A stretch of DNA of 64,000 nt from an uncultured delta proteobacterium (GTDB lineage Bacteria > Myxococcota > Myxococcia > Myxococcales > Myxococcaceae): NCBI GenBank assembly GCA_963771175.1, contig CAVYSY010000003.1:96001-160000 (forward strand). The letters are read 5' to 3'. The notes below the pieces were generated by a model. The model worked only from the letters and a program-made list of their open reading frames with translations, was not told the origin of the DNA and made no database searches. Of this stretch, positions 30,142 through 41,393 are shown piece after piece. Both the position numbers and the translations under genes were made by a program. Each line of letters opens with the position of its first letter. The first letter of the stretch is position 1.

Positions 30142-31346
30142 TACGGGTTGATGGTGGTGACGAACTCGGTCTTGCCGTCGCCGACCTTGAGGATGACCGC
30201 CGACTTCACGGCGTTGCGGTTCTCGTCCAGCGACACCGTGCCGGCCACGCCCGGGAAGTCCTTCGTCTGGGCGATGGCGTCACGGATGGCGGGGCCGCTC
30301 AGATCCTTGGCCTTCTCGATGGCCGCGATGGCCACCCTGGCCGCGTCGTAGCCGAGCGCCGCCAGGGCGTCCGGCACGCCGCCGTAGGCCGCCTTGTAGT
30401 CCGCGATGAACTTCTGCGTCTTCGGGTCCGGGTTCTCCGGCGAGTAGTGGTTCGAGAAGTAGCTGCCATCCAGCGCGTTGCCGGCCAGCTCGAAGAGCTT
30501 CTCCGAGTCCCAGCCATCGCCGCCCATCAGCGGCACCCTCAGGCCCAGCTCGTGCGCCTGGCGGGCGATGACGCCCACGTCGCTGTAGTAGCCCGGCACG
30601 TAGATGGCCTGCGGCTTCGTCTTCTTGATGGCGGTGAGCTGCGCGCGGAAGTCGGTGTCGCCCTGCGAGTAGCTCTCCGTGGTCGTCACCTTGCCGCCCA
30701 TCTCCGCGAACGTGCGCTGGAACACCTCGGTGAGGCCGATGGAGTAGGCGCTCTTGTTGTCCTGGAGGACGGCCACCTGGTCCGCCTTCAGGTTCTCACG
30801 GGCGAAGCGCGCCATCACCGCGCCCTGGAAGGGGTCGATGAAGCAGACACGGAAGATGTAGTCCCCCTTCTCCGTCACCTTGGGGTTGGTGGACGAGGGG
30901 CTGATCATCGGCACCCCGGCCGCCTGGGCCTTCTCGGCCATGGCCAGGGAGTTGGACGAGGCCACCTCGCCGAGGATGAGCACCACCTTGTCCTGGGTAA
31001 TCAGCCGGGTGACGGCCTGGGCGGCCTCCTCGGGCTTGCCCTGGTCGTCATAGACGCGCACCGCCAGCTTCTTGCCCTTCACCCCACCGGCGGCGTTGGC
31101 CTCCTTGATGGCCAGCTCGATGCCGTTGCGGGTGGAGACGCCGAAGGTGGCCTGGGCGCCGGTGAGGCTGCCCACCTCGCCGAGCAGGATGGTGTCCGCC
31201 CCTCCGGGCGCGCCCCCGGTCGTCGCGGGCTTGGCTACCTGATCGCCCGGCCCCCCCTCACCGGAGGGAGCGGGTTGCGTCTTCTTCTCGCAGGCCGCCG
31301 CGAACAGGGCGAACGAGGCGAGCAGCATCGGGACGAAACGGCGCAT
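30141..31346 (-). CDS. livK: Branched-chain amino acid ABC substrate-binding lipoprotein
   Basis: Lipobox AAAC, SLTG..A.FG, YIFRVCFID, DFRAQLT. Confidence 0.9.
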   Translation of the reverse strand: MRRFVPMLLASFALFAAACEKKTQPAPSGEGGPGDQVAKPATTGGAPGGADTILLGEVGSLTGAQATFGVSTRNGIELAIKEANAAGGVKGKKLAVRVYDDQGKPEEAAQAVTRLITQDKVVLILGEVASSNSLAMAEKAQAAGVPMISPSSTNPKVTEKGDYIFRVCFIDPFQGAVMARFARENLKADQVAVLQDNKSAYSIGLTEVFQRTFAEMGGKVTTTESYSQGDTDFRAQLTAIKKTKPQAIYVPGYYSDVGVIARQAHELGLRVPLMGGDGWDSEKLFELAGNALDGSYFSNHYSPENPDPKTQKFIADYKAAYGGVPDALAALGYDAARVAIAAIEKAKDLSGPAIRDAIAQTKDFPGVAGTVSLDENRNAVKSAVILKVGDGKTEFVTTINP

Positions 31347-31613
31347 GCGGGGCATCCTCCGGGGTAGGGCCACGTCAAAAGCCCCGGTTTTCTATGGGGA
31401 CCAGACAGAGGGGTCAAGCTCGCAACACCTCGCCAGCCGGCTCCCCCATGGCTTTTTCTACCCCCAGTCCCTGGCGGCAGGGCCCTCGCCGGCCCTCTGG
31501 GAGGGCCGCCAGTCCGGCGAGCCATTCTCGTGCCCACTCCCTGGAGGGTGCCCTCCCGCCTCCTCGGCTCCCACCTTAGAGGCAAGAACAGCATCCCCCG
31601 CGAGGAGGCGGAC

Positions 31614-32318
31614 ATGTACCAGCGCAACGACATCAAGGAAGGCATGACGGTCCGCAGCGTCGACGGCCACAAGCTCGGCAAGGTGTACGCCGTCGGCGAG
31701 ACGGAGTTCCACATCGAGAAGGGCCTCTTCTTCCCCAAGGACTACGCCGTCCGGTACGCGGAGATCAGCGAGCTGCGCAACGGGGAGATCATCCTGGCCC
31801 ACGGCAAGGACAGCCTGCTGATCTCCTCGAACGAGGTGCCCTATGGCTCCGACAGCATCGCCACCCGCGAGGGCATCGGCACCAGCCCGGTCACCCGCGC
31901 GGCGGCCAGCGCGGAGTTCGCCGCGGGCGAGCGCACGGGACTGCCCTTCGGCGCGCGCCCCGAGAACCTGCGCACGCAGGACCTGGGCAACCAGGAGATA
32001 GGTCCGTACAACACGGAAGGCGCCCGGGCCAGCCCCATCCTCACCGAGGAGGACCGGGGCATGGACATCCCCATCCGCCAGGAGCGCACGACGCGCCGCG
32101 ACGTGACGGAGCGGCCCACGATGAGCGCCACCACCTACGAGGAGACGACGGTGGTGACACCCGTCAGCGCCGAGGAGCTGGAGGCCCGCAGGCGCACGAT
32201 GACGGACGAGGAGCTCGAGAACGAGCGCCGCCGCGTGGCGGATGCCCGGAGCGACGACCTGGGCGGCCCGCGAAAGATCGGCATCGACCCGGAAGACTTC
32301 AGCAAGCGCGGCTTCTAG
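31614..32318 (+). CDS. Hypothetical protein (DUF2171/PRC-like N-terminus, YsnF-like C-terminus)
   Basis: GAGGAGG RBS; IKEGMTVRSVDGHKLGKV...EKGLFFPKDY. Confidence 0.7.
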   Translation: MYQRNDIKEGMTVRSVDGHKLGKVYAVGETEFHIEKGLFFPKDYAVRYAEISELRNGEIILAHGKDSLLISSNEVPYGSDSIATREGIGTSPVTRAAASAEFAAGERTGLPFGARPENLRTQDLGNQEIGPYNTEGARASPILTEEDRGMDIPIRQERTTRRDVTERPTMSATTYEETTVVTPVSAEELEARRRTMTDEELENERRRVADARSDDLGGPRKIGIDPEDFSKRGF

Positions 32319-33823
32319 CCCTTCGCGCTCCCCGGCTTGGCGGCGGGGCGCAGCCGCGTCGGCTCGGAGGGGACACTGTCCCGGCTGCCTGAGAGATGGA
32401 CGCGCTCCAGGCGCTCGAAGCCCCGCAGGCGCTCGGGGAAATGTGTCGTCACGAGCCGTCCCACCTCGACCTCGCGCGCCGGGGGGCAGGCCTCCACCAG
32501 TGCCTCCGCCATTTGGAGCGCGCTGGCGAAGCGGCCCTCCGGCTTCTTCGCGAGCGCCACCTCCAGCACCTCCCACAGCGACATCGGGATGCTGCTCGGC
32601 CGGGCCAACCGGTCGTCGCAGATGGCGTGCATGGACTCCAGCTCGTTCCCGCGGTCGAACGCGCGCACGCCCGTGAGTGCCTCGAAGAGGATGAGGCCCA
32701 CGGCGAAGAGGTCGCTGCGCGAATCCAGGCGGTGGCCCCGCGCCTGCTCCGGGGACATGAAGAGGGGCTTGCCCTTCACGATGCCCGGCAACGTCACCGT
32801 GCGCTGGGCCCGCGCCTTCGCCACGCCGAAGTCCAGCACCTTCACCCGGCCATCGAAGCCCACCATCAGGTTGTGCGGCGACAAGTCCCGGTGCACGAGA
32901 TGCAGCGGCACCCCGTCCTCGCCCCGCGCCTGGTGGGCCGCGTGCAGTCCGTGGAGCGCCTGCACCACGACGCCCACCGTGAAGGCCGGCGTGGGCCGCG
33001 TGGTCTTCAGCAGCCGATCGAAGTCCACCCCGCGCACCAGCTCCATCACCAGGTAGTACGCCCCCTGCGCCTCGCCGAAGTCGTAGAAGGTGACGAGGTT
33101 GGGGTGAGACAGCCGCAGGCCGATGCGCGCCTCGTCCAGGAACTGCTTCACGATGTCCGGGTCCGAGGCGAGGTGCGGCAGAATCCGCTTGAGCGCCACC
33201 AGCCGTCCGAGTCCCTCGGGGCCTCGCGTGCGCGCCACCAGCACCTGCGCCATGCCCCCCGTGCCCAGCGGCGTCACCAGCTCGTAGCGACCGATGCGAC
33301 CCCGCGTCTCCAGGTCGTCGCCCGTGGACAGCTCGTCCAGGCGCTCCAGCACGTTGCGGTTCTCGGAGAGCGCGAGGAAGGCCACCACCGCGTTGTCGAG
33401 CTGCTCTCCGATGCCATCCACCAGCTTCATCACGAGCCGGCCGCCGTCGTCGAAGTTCCCCTCCACCACCAGCCCCAGGGTGCCCAGCTCCAGCTTGCCG
33501 AGCGCCAGCGGGCTACAGAAGATCATCCGCCCATCGGGCAGGCGCCGGGGGCCCTTCCAGCTCGCGGCGTCGAAGACATCCACGCCGAGCTGACCCAGCA
33601 CCCGGGTGAGCACCGGGCCCTGCGTCCCCCGCAGGGAGACGAAGCCCGCGGAGGCATGCACCAGCCGCGCGCACTGGGTGAGGAAGACATCCACCGCCGC
33701 GTCGAGGCTCAACCCCCGCTCCAGGCAGTCTTCGAGGATGTCATCCGCCATGCGCACCACGGCGGTCAGGCCGCGCAGAAACGCGACCTCGGCTTCGAGC
33801 GAGGGGAATTCCACGGTGCGCAT
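32315..33823 (-). CDS. Cytoplasmic Ser/Thr kinase with GAF-like N-terminal region
   Basis: GTGGMA, VALKRI, HRDLSPHN, DFG, MSPEQ; no TM seen. Confidence 0.9.
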   Translation of the reverse strand: MRTVEFPSLEAEVAFLRGLTAVVRMADDILEDCLERGLSLDAAVDVFLTQCARLVHASAGFVSLRGTQGPVLTRVLGQLGVDVFDAASWKGPRRLPDGRMIFCSPLALGKLELGTLGLVVEGNFDDGGRLVMKLVDGIGEQLDNAVVAFLALSENRNVLERLDELSTGDDLETRGRIGRYELVTPLGTGGMAQVLVARTRGPEGLGRLVALKRILPHLASDPDIVKQFLDEARIGLRLSHPNLVTFYDFGEAQGAYYLVMELVRGVDFDRLLKTTRPTPAFTVGVVVQALHGLHAAHQARGEDGVPLHLVHRDLSPHNLMVGFDGRVKVLDFGVAKARAQRTVTLPGIVKGKPLFMSPEQARGHRLDSRSDLFAVGLILFEALTGVRAFDRGNELESMHAICDDRLARPSSIPMSLWEVLEVALAKKPEGRFASALQMAEALVEACPPAREVEVGRLVTTHFPERLRGFERLERVHLSGSRDSVPSEPTRLRPAAKPGSAKG

Positions 33824-33871
33824 TGAACACCGGGAAGGCGGGCCCCGGGAAGGGGGCCCGCGCGAGCTCCC

Positions 33872-35704
33872 TCAGGAGCCGGACTTCGACTGGTCCGCGT
33901 AGAGGGCGTCCGCGATGCGGTAGGCGCTCGCCTCCGCCCGCTGGTACGCATCCTTGATGGCGGCGACGTCCGTGCCCGTCAGCAGCTCCTTGAGGTGCTC
34001 CAGGTCCGCTTTGATGTCGCTGCGGTCCTTCTCCTGGAGGACGTTGCCGTACTCCTCCAGGCTCTTCTCGGTGGTGTAGATGAGCGAGTCGGCGTTGTTG
34101 CGCAGCTCGGCCAGCTCCTTCTTCACCTTGTCGTTGGCCTGGTTGGCCTGGGCGTCGGAGATCATCGCCTGGATCTCCGCCTCGGAGAGGCCCGAGTTGC
34201 CCACCACGCGCACCTGCTGGACCTTGCCGGTGCCCAGGTCCTTGGCGCTCACATGGACGATGCCGTTGGCGTCGATGTCGAAGGACACTTCAATCTGCGG
34301 CACGCCGCGGGGCGCCGGGGGAATGCCCACCAGCTCGAAGCGCGCCAGCGTCTTGTTGTCCGCCGCCATCTCGCGCTCGCCCTGGAGCACGTGCACGGAC
34401 ACGAGCGGCTGGTTGTCCACCGCCGTGGAGAACACCTGGCTCTTCTTGCAGGGGATGGTGGTGTTCTTGTCGATGATCTTGGTGAAGACGCCGCCGGCCG
34501 TCTCCACGCCCAGCGACAGCGGCGTCACGTCCAGCAGGAGGACGTCCTTCACCTCGCCCTTGAGCACCCCGCCCTGGATGGCCGCGCCCACGGCCACCAC
34601 TTCGTCCGGGTTGATGCCCTTGTGGGGCTCCTTGCCGAAGAACTCCTTCACCTTCTGCTGCACCGCCGGCATGCGCGTCATGCCGCCCACCAGGAGCACC
34701 TGGTGGATCTGCTGCGCGGTGATGCCCGCGTCCTTGAGCGCGATGCGGCACGGCTCGATGGAGCGATCCACGAGATCGGCCACCAGCGACTCGAAGGTGC
34801 CGCGCTCGATCGTCTCGGTGAGGTGCTTGGGGCCGGTGGCGTCCGCGGTGATGAAGGGGAGGTTCACCTCCGTCTCCGTCGCGCTGGACAGCTCGTGCTT
34901 GGCGCGCTCGGCGGCCTCCTTCAGGCGCTGCAGCGCCATGCGGTCCTTGCGCAGATCCAACCCGTTGTTCTGCTCGGCGAAGCGCTTGGCCAGGAAGTCG
35001 ATGAGGCGCTGATCGAAGTCCTCACCACCCAGGAAGGTGTCGCCGTTGGTGCTCTTGACCTCGAAGACGCCCGAGTTGAGCTCCAGGATGGAGATATCGA
35101 ACGTGCCACCGCCCAGGTCGTAGACGGCGATGCGCTCGGCGCCGATGTCGCGCACCTTGTCCAGGCCGTAGGCGAGCGCCGCGGCCGTGGGCTCGTTGAT
35201 GATGCGCAGCACGTTGAGGCCGGCGATGCGGCCCGCGTCCTTGGTGGCCTGTCGCTGGCTGTCGTTGAAGTAGGCGGGGACGGTGATGACCGCCTCGGTG
35301 ACGGGCTCGCCGAGGTAGTCCTCCGCCGTCTGCTTCATCTTCATCAGCACGATGGCGCTGATCTCCGGCGGGCTGTAGCCCTTGCCGCGAATCTCCACCC
35401 AGGCATCGCCGTTGGGGCTCGGCACCACCCGGAAGGGGCTGACGCTGATGGCCTTGCGGGCCTCGGCCGAGTCGTACTTGCGGCCGATCATCCGCTTGAC
35501 GGCGAAGACCGTGTTCTCCGGGTTGGTGATGGCCTGCCGCTTGGCGATCTGCCCCACCAGCCGCTCACCGGACTCGGTGAAGCCCACCATGGAGGGCGTG
35601 GTCCGGCTGCCCTCGCTGTTGGGGATGACCACCGGCTCGCCACCTTCCATGACGGCGACGCACGAGTTGGTTGTCCCCAGGTCGATTCCAATCACCTTGC
35701 CCAT
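33872..35704 (-). CDS. dnaK: Hsp70 chaperone DnaK (possibly the SglK-type paralog)
   Basis: [39 protein letters not shown]. Confidence 0.97.
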   Translation of the reverse strand: MGKVIGIDLGTTNSCVAVMEGGEPVVIPNSEGSRTTPSMVGFTESGERLVGQIAKRQAITNPENTVFAVKRMIGRKYDSAEARKAISVSPFRVVPSPNGDAWVEIRGKGYSPPEISAIVLMKMKQTAEDYLGEPVTEAVITVPAYFNDSQRQATKDAGRIAGLNVLRIINEPTAAALAYGLDKVRDIGAERIAVYDLGGGTFDISILELNSGVFEVKSTNGDTFLGGEDFDQRLIDFLAKRFAEQNNGLDLRKDRMALQRLKEAAERAKHELSSATETEVNLPFITADATGPKHLTETIERGTFESLVADLVDRSIEPCRIALKDAGITAQQIHQVLLVGGMTRMPAVQQKVKEFFGKEPHKGINPDEVVAVGAAIQGGVLKGEVKDVLLLDVTPLSLGVETAGGVFTKIIDKNTTIPCKKSQVFSTAVDNQPLVSVHVLQGEREMAADNKTLARFELVGIPPAPRGVPQIEVSFDIDANGIVHVSAKDLGTGKVQQVRVVGNSGLSEAEIQAMISDAQANQANDKVKKELAELRNNADSLIYTTEKSLEEYGNVLQEKDRSDIKADLEHLKELLTGTDVAAIKDAYQRAEASAYRIADALYADQSKSGS

Positions 35705-35710
35705 GACGTC

Positions 35711-36631
35711 TTACTGGCTCCCTGCGGGAGTGGTGGTTCCGGTCTGCGAGGTGGCGGTGTCCCCCCCCGTGGGCTCACCGCCTGGCGTGTTGCCTGAACT
35801 GGACTCGGGCGCGGGCGGCTGCTCCGTCGGCGCACGCGCCACCACGACGAGCGCGGGGCGCATGAGCCGCTCATTGAGCATGTAGCCGCGCACGGCCTCG
35901 TAGAGGACATGGCCCGCGGGCACCGCGGCGCTCTCTACCTGCTGCATGGCCTCGTGGAGGCGTGGATCGAACGGCTGGCCGGCGGCGGAGAAGCTCTTCA
36001 CGCCGTGCTTGCCGAACGCGTTGTCGAAGAGCTTGCGCGTCATCTCGACGCCGGTGCGGAAGCTGTCGAGGTCGGTGGACTTCTGGGCCGCATCCAGCGC
36101 GCGGTCCAGGTTGTCCACCACCGGGAGGAAGTCCTTGAGGAGGCGCTCGGAGCCGAACTTCTGGACCTCCTCCTTCTCCTTCTGGGCGCGCTTCTTGTAG
36201 TTCTCCAGGTCGGCCGCGGCGCGCAGGGCCCGCTCGTGGCTGTCCTTGAGGCGCTCCATCATCTCGCGGCCCTTGGACTGGCTGAGCTCGAGCTGCTGGC
36301 GCGTCTCCTCCAGCTCGCGACGGGCCTGCTCGAGCTGCTGGCGCGTCTCCTCCAGCTCGCGGCGGGACTCGTCCAGGGAGGCCTCCAGCGCGCCGGTGTC
36401 GGCGGAGGGCTCGGCCCCGGGCTCCTCGAAGCCACCCTCGGGGATGTCCATCTCCAGGGTCATCCCCCCCTCGGGGAGCTCCACCTCCATCGTCATCCCA
36501 CCCTCCGGCGCCCCTTCGTCCTGCACCGGGGCATGGGTGTGACGCTCGACGCTCTTGAGCGCCTCGTCGATGAGGTCCTGCGAGATGGATGTCTGGAAGC
36601 TGCCCTTCGCGTCACGATTCGAGCCGGCCAC
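35711..36631 (-). CDS. grpE: Nucleotide exchange factor GrpE with extended N-terminus
   Basis: [40 protein letters not shown]. Confidence 0.93.
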   Translation of the reverse strand: MAGSNRDAKGSFQTSISQDLIDEALKSVERHTHAPVQDEGAPEGGMTMEVELPEGGMTLEMDIPEGGFEEPGAEPSADTGALEASLDESRRELEETRQQLEQARRELEETRQQLELSQSKGREMMERLKDSHERALRAAADLENYKKRAQKEKEEVQKFGSERLLKDFLPVVDNLDRALDAAQKSTDLDSFRTGVEMTRKLFDNAFGKHGVKSFSAAGQPFDPRLHEAMQQVESAAVPAGHVLYEAVRGYMLNERLMRPALVVVARAPTEQPPAPESSSGNTPGGEPTGGDTATSQTGTTTPAGSQ

Positions 36632-36637
36632 GCGCGC

Positions 36638-36666
36638 ACTATGTCATGGGGCGCGGGTCGATCCAA
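36638..36666 (-). promoter_or_regulatory. sigma70-like promoter, probably producing a leaderless grpE mRNA
   Basis: Minus strand TTGGAT-N17-CATAGT with extended -10 TG, 6 nt before the GTG; no SD. Confidence 0.5.
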
Positions 36667-36742
36667 CCGCTTGGGAGCGGCCCAGAGCGGGCGGCCGCCC
36701 CCGTATCCTCGCCTGGAGGTTTCCAGGGCGAATGGAAGATTG

Positions 36743-37252
36743 TCAGGCGGACGGGCGGGCGGGCTTCTTGCGGCCGATGGACTTCTTGGTGCCCGTCTTG
36801 GCCGCCGCCTTCTTCGCGGGAGTCTTGGCGGCGGGAGCCTTGGCGGCCGTCTTCTTGCGGCCGATGGACTTCTGGGAGCCCGCCTTGGCCGCCGCCTTCT
36901 TCGCGGGTCGGGGCTCGGACTTCGGCGCCTCGGCGGCCGGGGCGGCGGTGGGAGGCGTGGCCGGCTCACCCGGAGTCGGGGCTTCCTTGTGGAGGCCCCC
37001 GACAGCGTCCTCGATGGACTCTTCCACCCGACGCGCGGCCGACTCGAGCCGCTCCGCCGCCTGCTTGCCCGTGGCCACCGCCCAGGTGCGCAGGTTCTCG
37101 AGGCCCTCCTTCACCTTGGCCTGCTTGGCGGGGTCCTTCACCTCCACCAGCAGACGCTGCGCCTCGTCCTTGAGCTCCTCACCCGTGCGCTTGAGCTCGT
37201 CGCCCGTGCGCTTGAGGAAGTCCATCAACTGCTTGTCCCATTTCTCGGCCAT
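36743..37252 (-). CDS. Coiled-coil protein with histone H1-like Lys/Ala-rich tail
   Basis: N-terminal amphipathic helices; two copies of PAKKAAAK...KSIGRKK (87-nt period). Confidence 0.75.
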   Translation of the reverse strand: MAEKWDKQLMDFLKRTGDELKRTGEELKDEAQRLLVEVKDPAKQAKVKEGLENLRTWAVATGKQAAERLESAARRVEESIEDAVGGLHKEAPTPGEPATPPTAAPAAEAPKSEPRPAKKAAAKAGSQKSIGRKKTAAKAPAAKTPAKKAAAKTGTKKSIGRKKPARPSA

Positions 37253-37394
37253 CAGTCTGTCTCCGTCACGGGGAGTGCGAGCCGCCTGGCGCGCCAGCCC
37301 AGGTTATAGTGAGCACCCAGCCCGGCGAGCGCAGCACCCACATCAGACTGCACCCCCGTCCGGCGCGCAAAGCAATCTTCACTCGGAGAAACGG

Positions 37395-38070
37395 ATGAGA
37401 GCGGTCTTGATTGCCATGGTGACACTGCTGGCGGTTCCAGTCCTCGCCCAGGTCCCAGGCCAGAATGTGGGCGGCGGGGAGGTGCAGCCAGCCGCGCAGC
37501 TGCGGCCTCCGAACGGCAACCCCGGCACCCCGGGCTTTCCGAACACCGCGGGTACTCCGGTGGTGGTGGACCGCGACACGCTGATGCAGCAGCTCGCCAG
37601 CATCAACGAGAAGCTCGCCACGGCCACGGGCCGGGCCAAGAAGGACAAGCAGTTGCTGAAGTTGCTGGAGACGGCGCGCGCGGACCTCAAGGAGGTGGGT
37701 CGGCAGGTGTCGAACGCCCCACTCGGCGCGCACGGAGCCCCAGCGTCCCCCGCAGCCCCCGCCTCCGCCGCAGCCGGCGGTGCAGCCCATCACCGAGGCC
37801 ATGCTGCGCTCGCTGGTGGCGGCCATCCGCAACGAGCCCTTCGCGGATGACCAGCTCACCGTGCTGGAGGAGGCCGTGCCCACCCAGTACTTCCTGGTGG
37901 CCCAGGCACAGCAGCTCCTCCGCCTCTTCAGCTTCTCCAGGGACCGACTGAAGGCCATGCGCCTGCTGCGCCCGCGCCTGCTGGACATGGAGAACGGCTA
38001 CAAGCTGTACGAGTCCTTCGAGTTCTCCAACGACAAGGACGAGCTCAAGCGCATCCTGGCGGCGCAATAG
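37395..38070 (+). CDS. Exported DUF4476-domain protein (frameshift near 37730)
   Basis: Signal MRAVLIAMVTLLAVPVLA|Q; C-terminal F.DDQL...FSFSRDRL...D.EN...FEFSNDK. Confidence 0.7.
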
Positions 38071-38138
38071 GCCCGCCGACTAGAGTCGGACTCCCGTTCG
38101 GGGCTGGAGAAGCCCCCGAGTCCGGAGCCTGACGCCCT

Positions 38139-40459
38139 ATGTCGCTCTTCCGCCTGCTGGGGACGCTCGCCGTCCTCGTCGTCCTCGGTGCCTGCAACAA
38201 GACCTCGCCCCCGGGCAACGTTCCCCAGCTTCCCGACATCGAGCTGCTGGAGACCACCGAGGGCGCGCCCTATGAGGTGAGCCTCGCCGCCACGGGAGGC
38301 ACCCCGCCGCTGTACCACTCGCTGGAGAAGGCGCCGCCCGGCTTCTCCTTCTACACGGGCCCGGGGCTGCTGAAGGGCCCGGCCTCGGCGTCGGGCCAGT
38401 ACTCCTTCACGATGCAGGTGAAGGACGCCACGGGCGCTACGGACACCCGGACGTACCGGCTGCTCGTCCATCCCGCTCCGGTCGTCAGCACCACCGCGCT
38501 GCCCACCGCCACGACGGGGACGCAGTATGGCTTCCAGCTCGCGGCCAACGGGGGCAAGGCGCCCCTGCGCTGGACCCTGGCCACGGGGACGCTGCCCGCG
38601 GGCCTCTCGCTGGGCGAGGACGGTCAGCTCGCGGGCGTGCCGCTCGCAACGGGCACCCAGTCCTTCACGGTGCGCGTGCAGGACGTCCATGGCGCGCAGG
38701 CGACGAAGGCGCTCAGCCTGGAGGTCCGCGCGGGTACGGCGGGCTCGGACGGCGGCACCTCGGACGCGGGCACGAGTGATGGCGGCACCTCGGACGCGGG
38801 CACGGGCAGCGCCCTGTCGTTCAGCGTGGCCAACTGGAACATCGAGTGGTTCGGCGACCCGAACTCCGGGCCCTCGGACGATGCGCTGCAGCTCGACAAC
38901 GTGCAGGCGGTCATCGCCGATGCCGGCATGGACTTCTGGGGCCTGGCGGAGCTGGTCGACCGTCACGGAGTTCAATGCGCTGAAGCAGCGGCTGCCCGGC
39001 TACGACGGCTTCATGGCCAATGACCCGCGCGTCACATCCGGCGCGTCCTACTACTCCGACCACCGAGCAGAAGGTGGGAGTCCTCTTTCGCTCGGACGTG
39101 GTCAGCGTGCGGAGCGCGCAGCTCATCCTGACCGCGAACAGCTCCGACGTTCGCTGGGCGCCCCCCGCTGCGGGTGGACCTGCGTGTCACGCGCAACGGG
39201 ACGAGCGTGGACATGGTGGCGATCGTCCTGCACCTGAAGGCCTTCGCCGACAGGAGCTCCTACGACATCCGCGTGAGCGCGGCGGCGTTGCTCAAGGACT
39301 ACCTGGACACGCAACTGCCGAACGAGCGCGTCATCGTGCTCGGCGACTGGAACGACGACGTGGACGTCTCCATCGCCAAGGACTCCACCACCGGCAGCTA
39401 CCTGCCCACGCCCTTCCAGAACTTCCTCGACGACACGGTGGACTACACCTTCGTCACCCGGCCCCTGTCGCTCGCGGGCCAGCGGAGCACGGTGAGCAAC
39501 AGTCAGTTCATCGACCACCAGCTCCTCAGCACCGAGCTGCTGGCCAGCTACGTGAGCAACTCGACCCAGCTCCTCAAGCCGGTCATCTACCAACTACGGC
39601 ACCACCACCTCGGACCACTACCCGGTGCTCAGCCGCTTCCAGTTCGGCTCGGGGAGTCCGTCGCCGCACCGACGCTGCGGCTCCTCTCTCCCAATGGAGG
39701 AGAGCAGCTCTCGGGGAGCACCGTGCAGTACATCACCTGGACGGCGGATGGCGTCAGCAACGTGAGGCTGGAGTATTCGACGGACGATGGCGCGACCTGG
39801 CAGCACCTGGTCGGCGAACTTCCCGGCCGCGCTCGGGCAGTACACGTGGACCGTGCCCCCGACTATGACCACCCAGGCGCGCATCCGGGTGAGCGATGAC
39901 TCGGCGCCGAGCGTCGCCGACGACAGCGACTCGATGTTCGAGGTGGTGAGGCCACCGGTGTTCATCAACGAGTACATGCCCCACGAGCCCGCGCTCCCCG
40001 ATGGAGGCCGGGACTACGACTCAGCAGTTCGTGGAGGTGGTGAACGGCGCCACGGAGATGGTGAACCTCGACGGCTGGATGGTGAACGACACCAGCGGCT
40101 ACAACAACGTCCAGAGCGGCTCCGGGCCGGCCCGACACGTCTTCTCGAATACATGGCTCGCGCCGGGGAGCGCCGTCGTCATCTTCTCGGGAGCCTCGGC
40201 CATCCCCGCGGAAGGAATGAACGCGGTGCCGGCCACCAGTGGTGGGCTCTACTTCAACAAGACCGATGAGCGCGTCTACCTCCAGGACAACCTGAAGCAG
40301 ACAGTGGACGAGACCTTCTATTCGTCCGCCACCGAGGCCGTCTCGTACAACCGCGACCCGGATGGCGCTCGCGATGGAGGCTTCGTGCTGCACACCACGC
40401 ACAATCCAGCGCTCGGCTCCTCGCCCGGTCGGCGGGTGGATGGGGGCATCTTCTTCTAG
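38139..40459 (+). CDS. Multidomain lipoprotein nuclease/phosphatase: two putative Ig domains + EEP domain + Ig + lamin-tail domain (several frameshifts)
   Basis: Lipobox LGAC; LPAGLSL; NWNIEWFG, HLKA, LGDWN, IDH, SDHYPV; VFINE...FVEVVN, GSSPG. Confidence 0.75.
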
Positions 40460-40506
40460 GCTCGTGCCCGACCCGGCGGCGGTGGCTTTCCCCGGGTGAC
40501 CGTCAT

Positions 40507-41391
40507 ATGAGTCGCCCGCGCCTCCCCATGCTCCGCTCCCGCCTCTACCTCCTCGCCGCCGCCGTGCTCTGGTCCACGGCCGGTGCCGCCGTGAAGCTCT
40601 CCACCCTGTCGGCCTGGCAGCTCGCCTCCGGACGCTCCCTCGTCGCCGCGCTGGTGCTCGCGATCGCCCTCCCCGCTGGCCGCCGGCGCCTGTCCTGGCG
40701 AGGACTCGCGGCAGCGGTGGCCTACGCCGCCACGGTGGTGCTCTTCATCCTCGCCAACAAGCTGACGACCTCGGCCAACGCCATCTTCCTGCAGGACACC
40801 GCGCCGCTCTACGTGCTGCTCCTGTCGCCGCTCCTGCTGCGCGAGCGCCCCTCTCGCAGTGAGCTGTCCGCCGTGCCCGTGTTCCTGCTCGGACTGAGCC
40901 TCTTCTTCCTCGACCAGCTCAACCCCGGGCAGTTCTGGGGCAATGTGATTGCCCTGGGCTCGGGCCTCGCCTTCGCCCTGTGCATCCTCGGGCTGCGCGC
41001 GGTGGGCGAGGAGGGCTCCGCGGTGCTGGTGTGGGGCAACCTCATCGCGGGTGCGAGCGTCCTGCTGCCCGCGCTCGGAGGCCCCAAGCCCTCGACGCTG
41101 GATATCGGGCTGGTCGTCTTCCTGGGCGTGTTCCAGCTCGGGCTGGCCTATACCCTCTTCCAGCGCGGTCTGCGCGAGACGCCCGCGGTGGAGGCCTCGC
41201 TGCTCATCCTGCTCGAGCCGGTGCTCAACCCCGTGTGGACCTTCCTCTTCGCCGGGGAGCGACCCGGCCCCTGGGCGCTGGTGGGAGGCACCATCATCCT
41301 GCTGGCCACGGCCTGGCGCACGCTGCTGGGCTCCGGGAGCCGCAACGCGTCCTCGACGGGCGAGACCCCGGCGCGTGAAGGAACGGGTTGA
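40507..41391 (+). CDS. EamA/DMT family transporter
   Basis: About 10 TM segments; LWSTAG, ANAIFLQ.TAP, LLEPVLNP. Confidence 0.9.
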   Translation: MSRPRLPMLRSRLYLLAAAVLWSTAGAAVKLSTLSAWQLASGRSLVAALVLAIALPAGRRRLSWRGLAAAVAYAATVVLFILANKLTTSANAIFLQDTAPLYVLLLSPLLLRERPSRSELSAVPVFLLGLSLFFLDQLNPGQFWGNVIALGSGLAFALCILGLRAVGEEGSAVLVWGNLIAGASVLLPALGGPKPSTLDIGLVVFLGVFQLGLAYTLFQRGLRETPAVEASLLILLEPVLNPVWTFLFAGERPGPWALVGGTIILLATAWRTLLGSGSRNASSTGETPAREGTG

Positions 41392-41393
41392 GG

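Noticed and set aside
33995..35797. 600-aa ORF antisense to dnaK
   Set aside because: Long antisense frames opposite Hsp70 genes are a known codon-bias artefact
36644..36666. sigma32 heat-shock promoter for grpE (CCCCAT present)
   Set aside because: Spacing to the TTG element is too short for sigma32; a 17-bp sigma70-like fit is better
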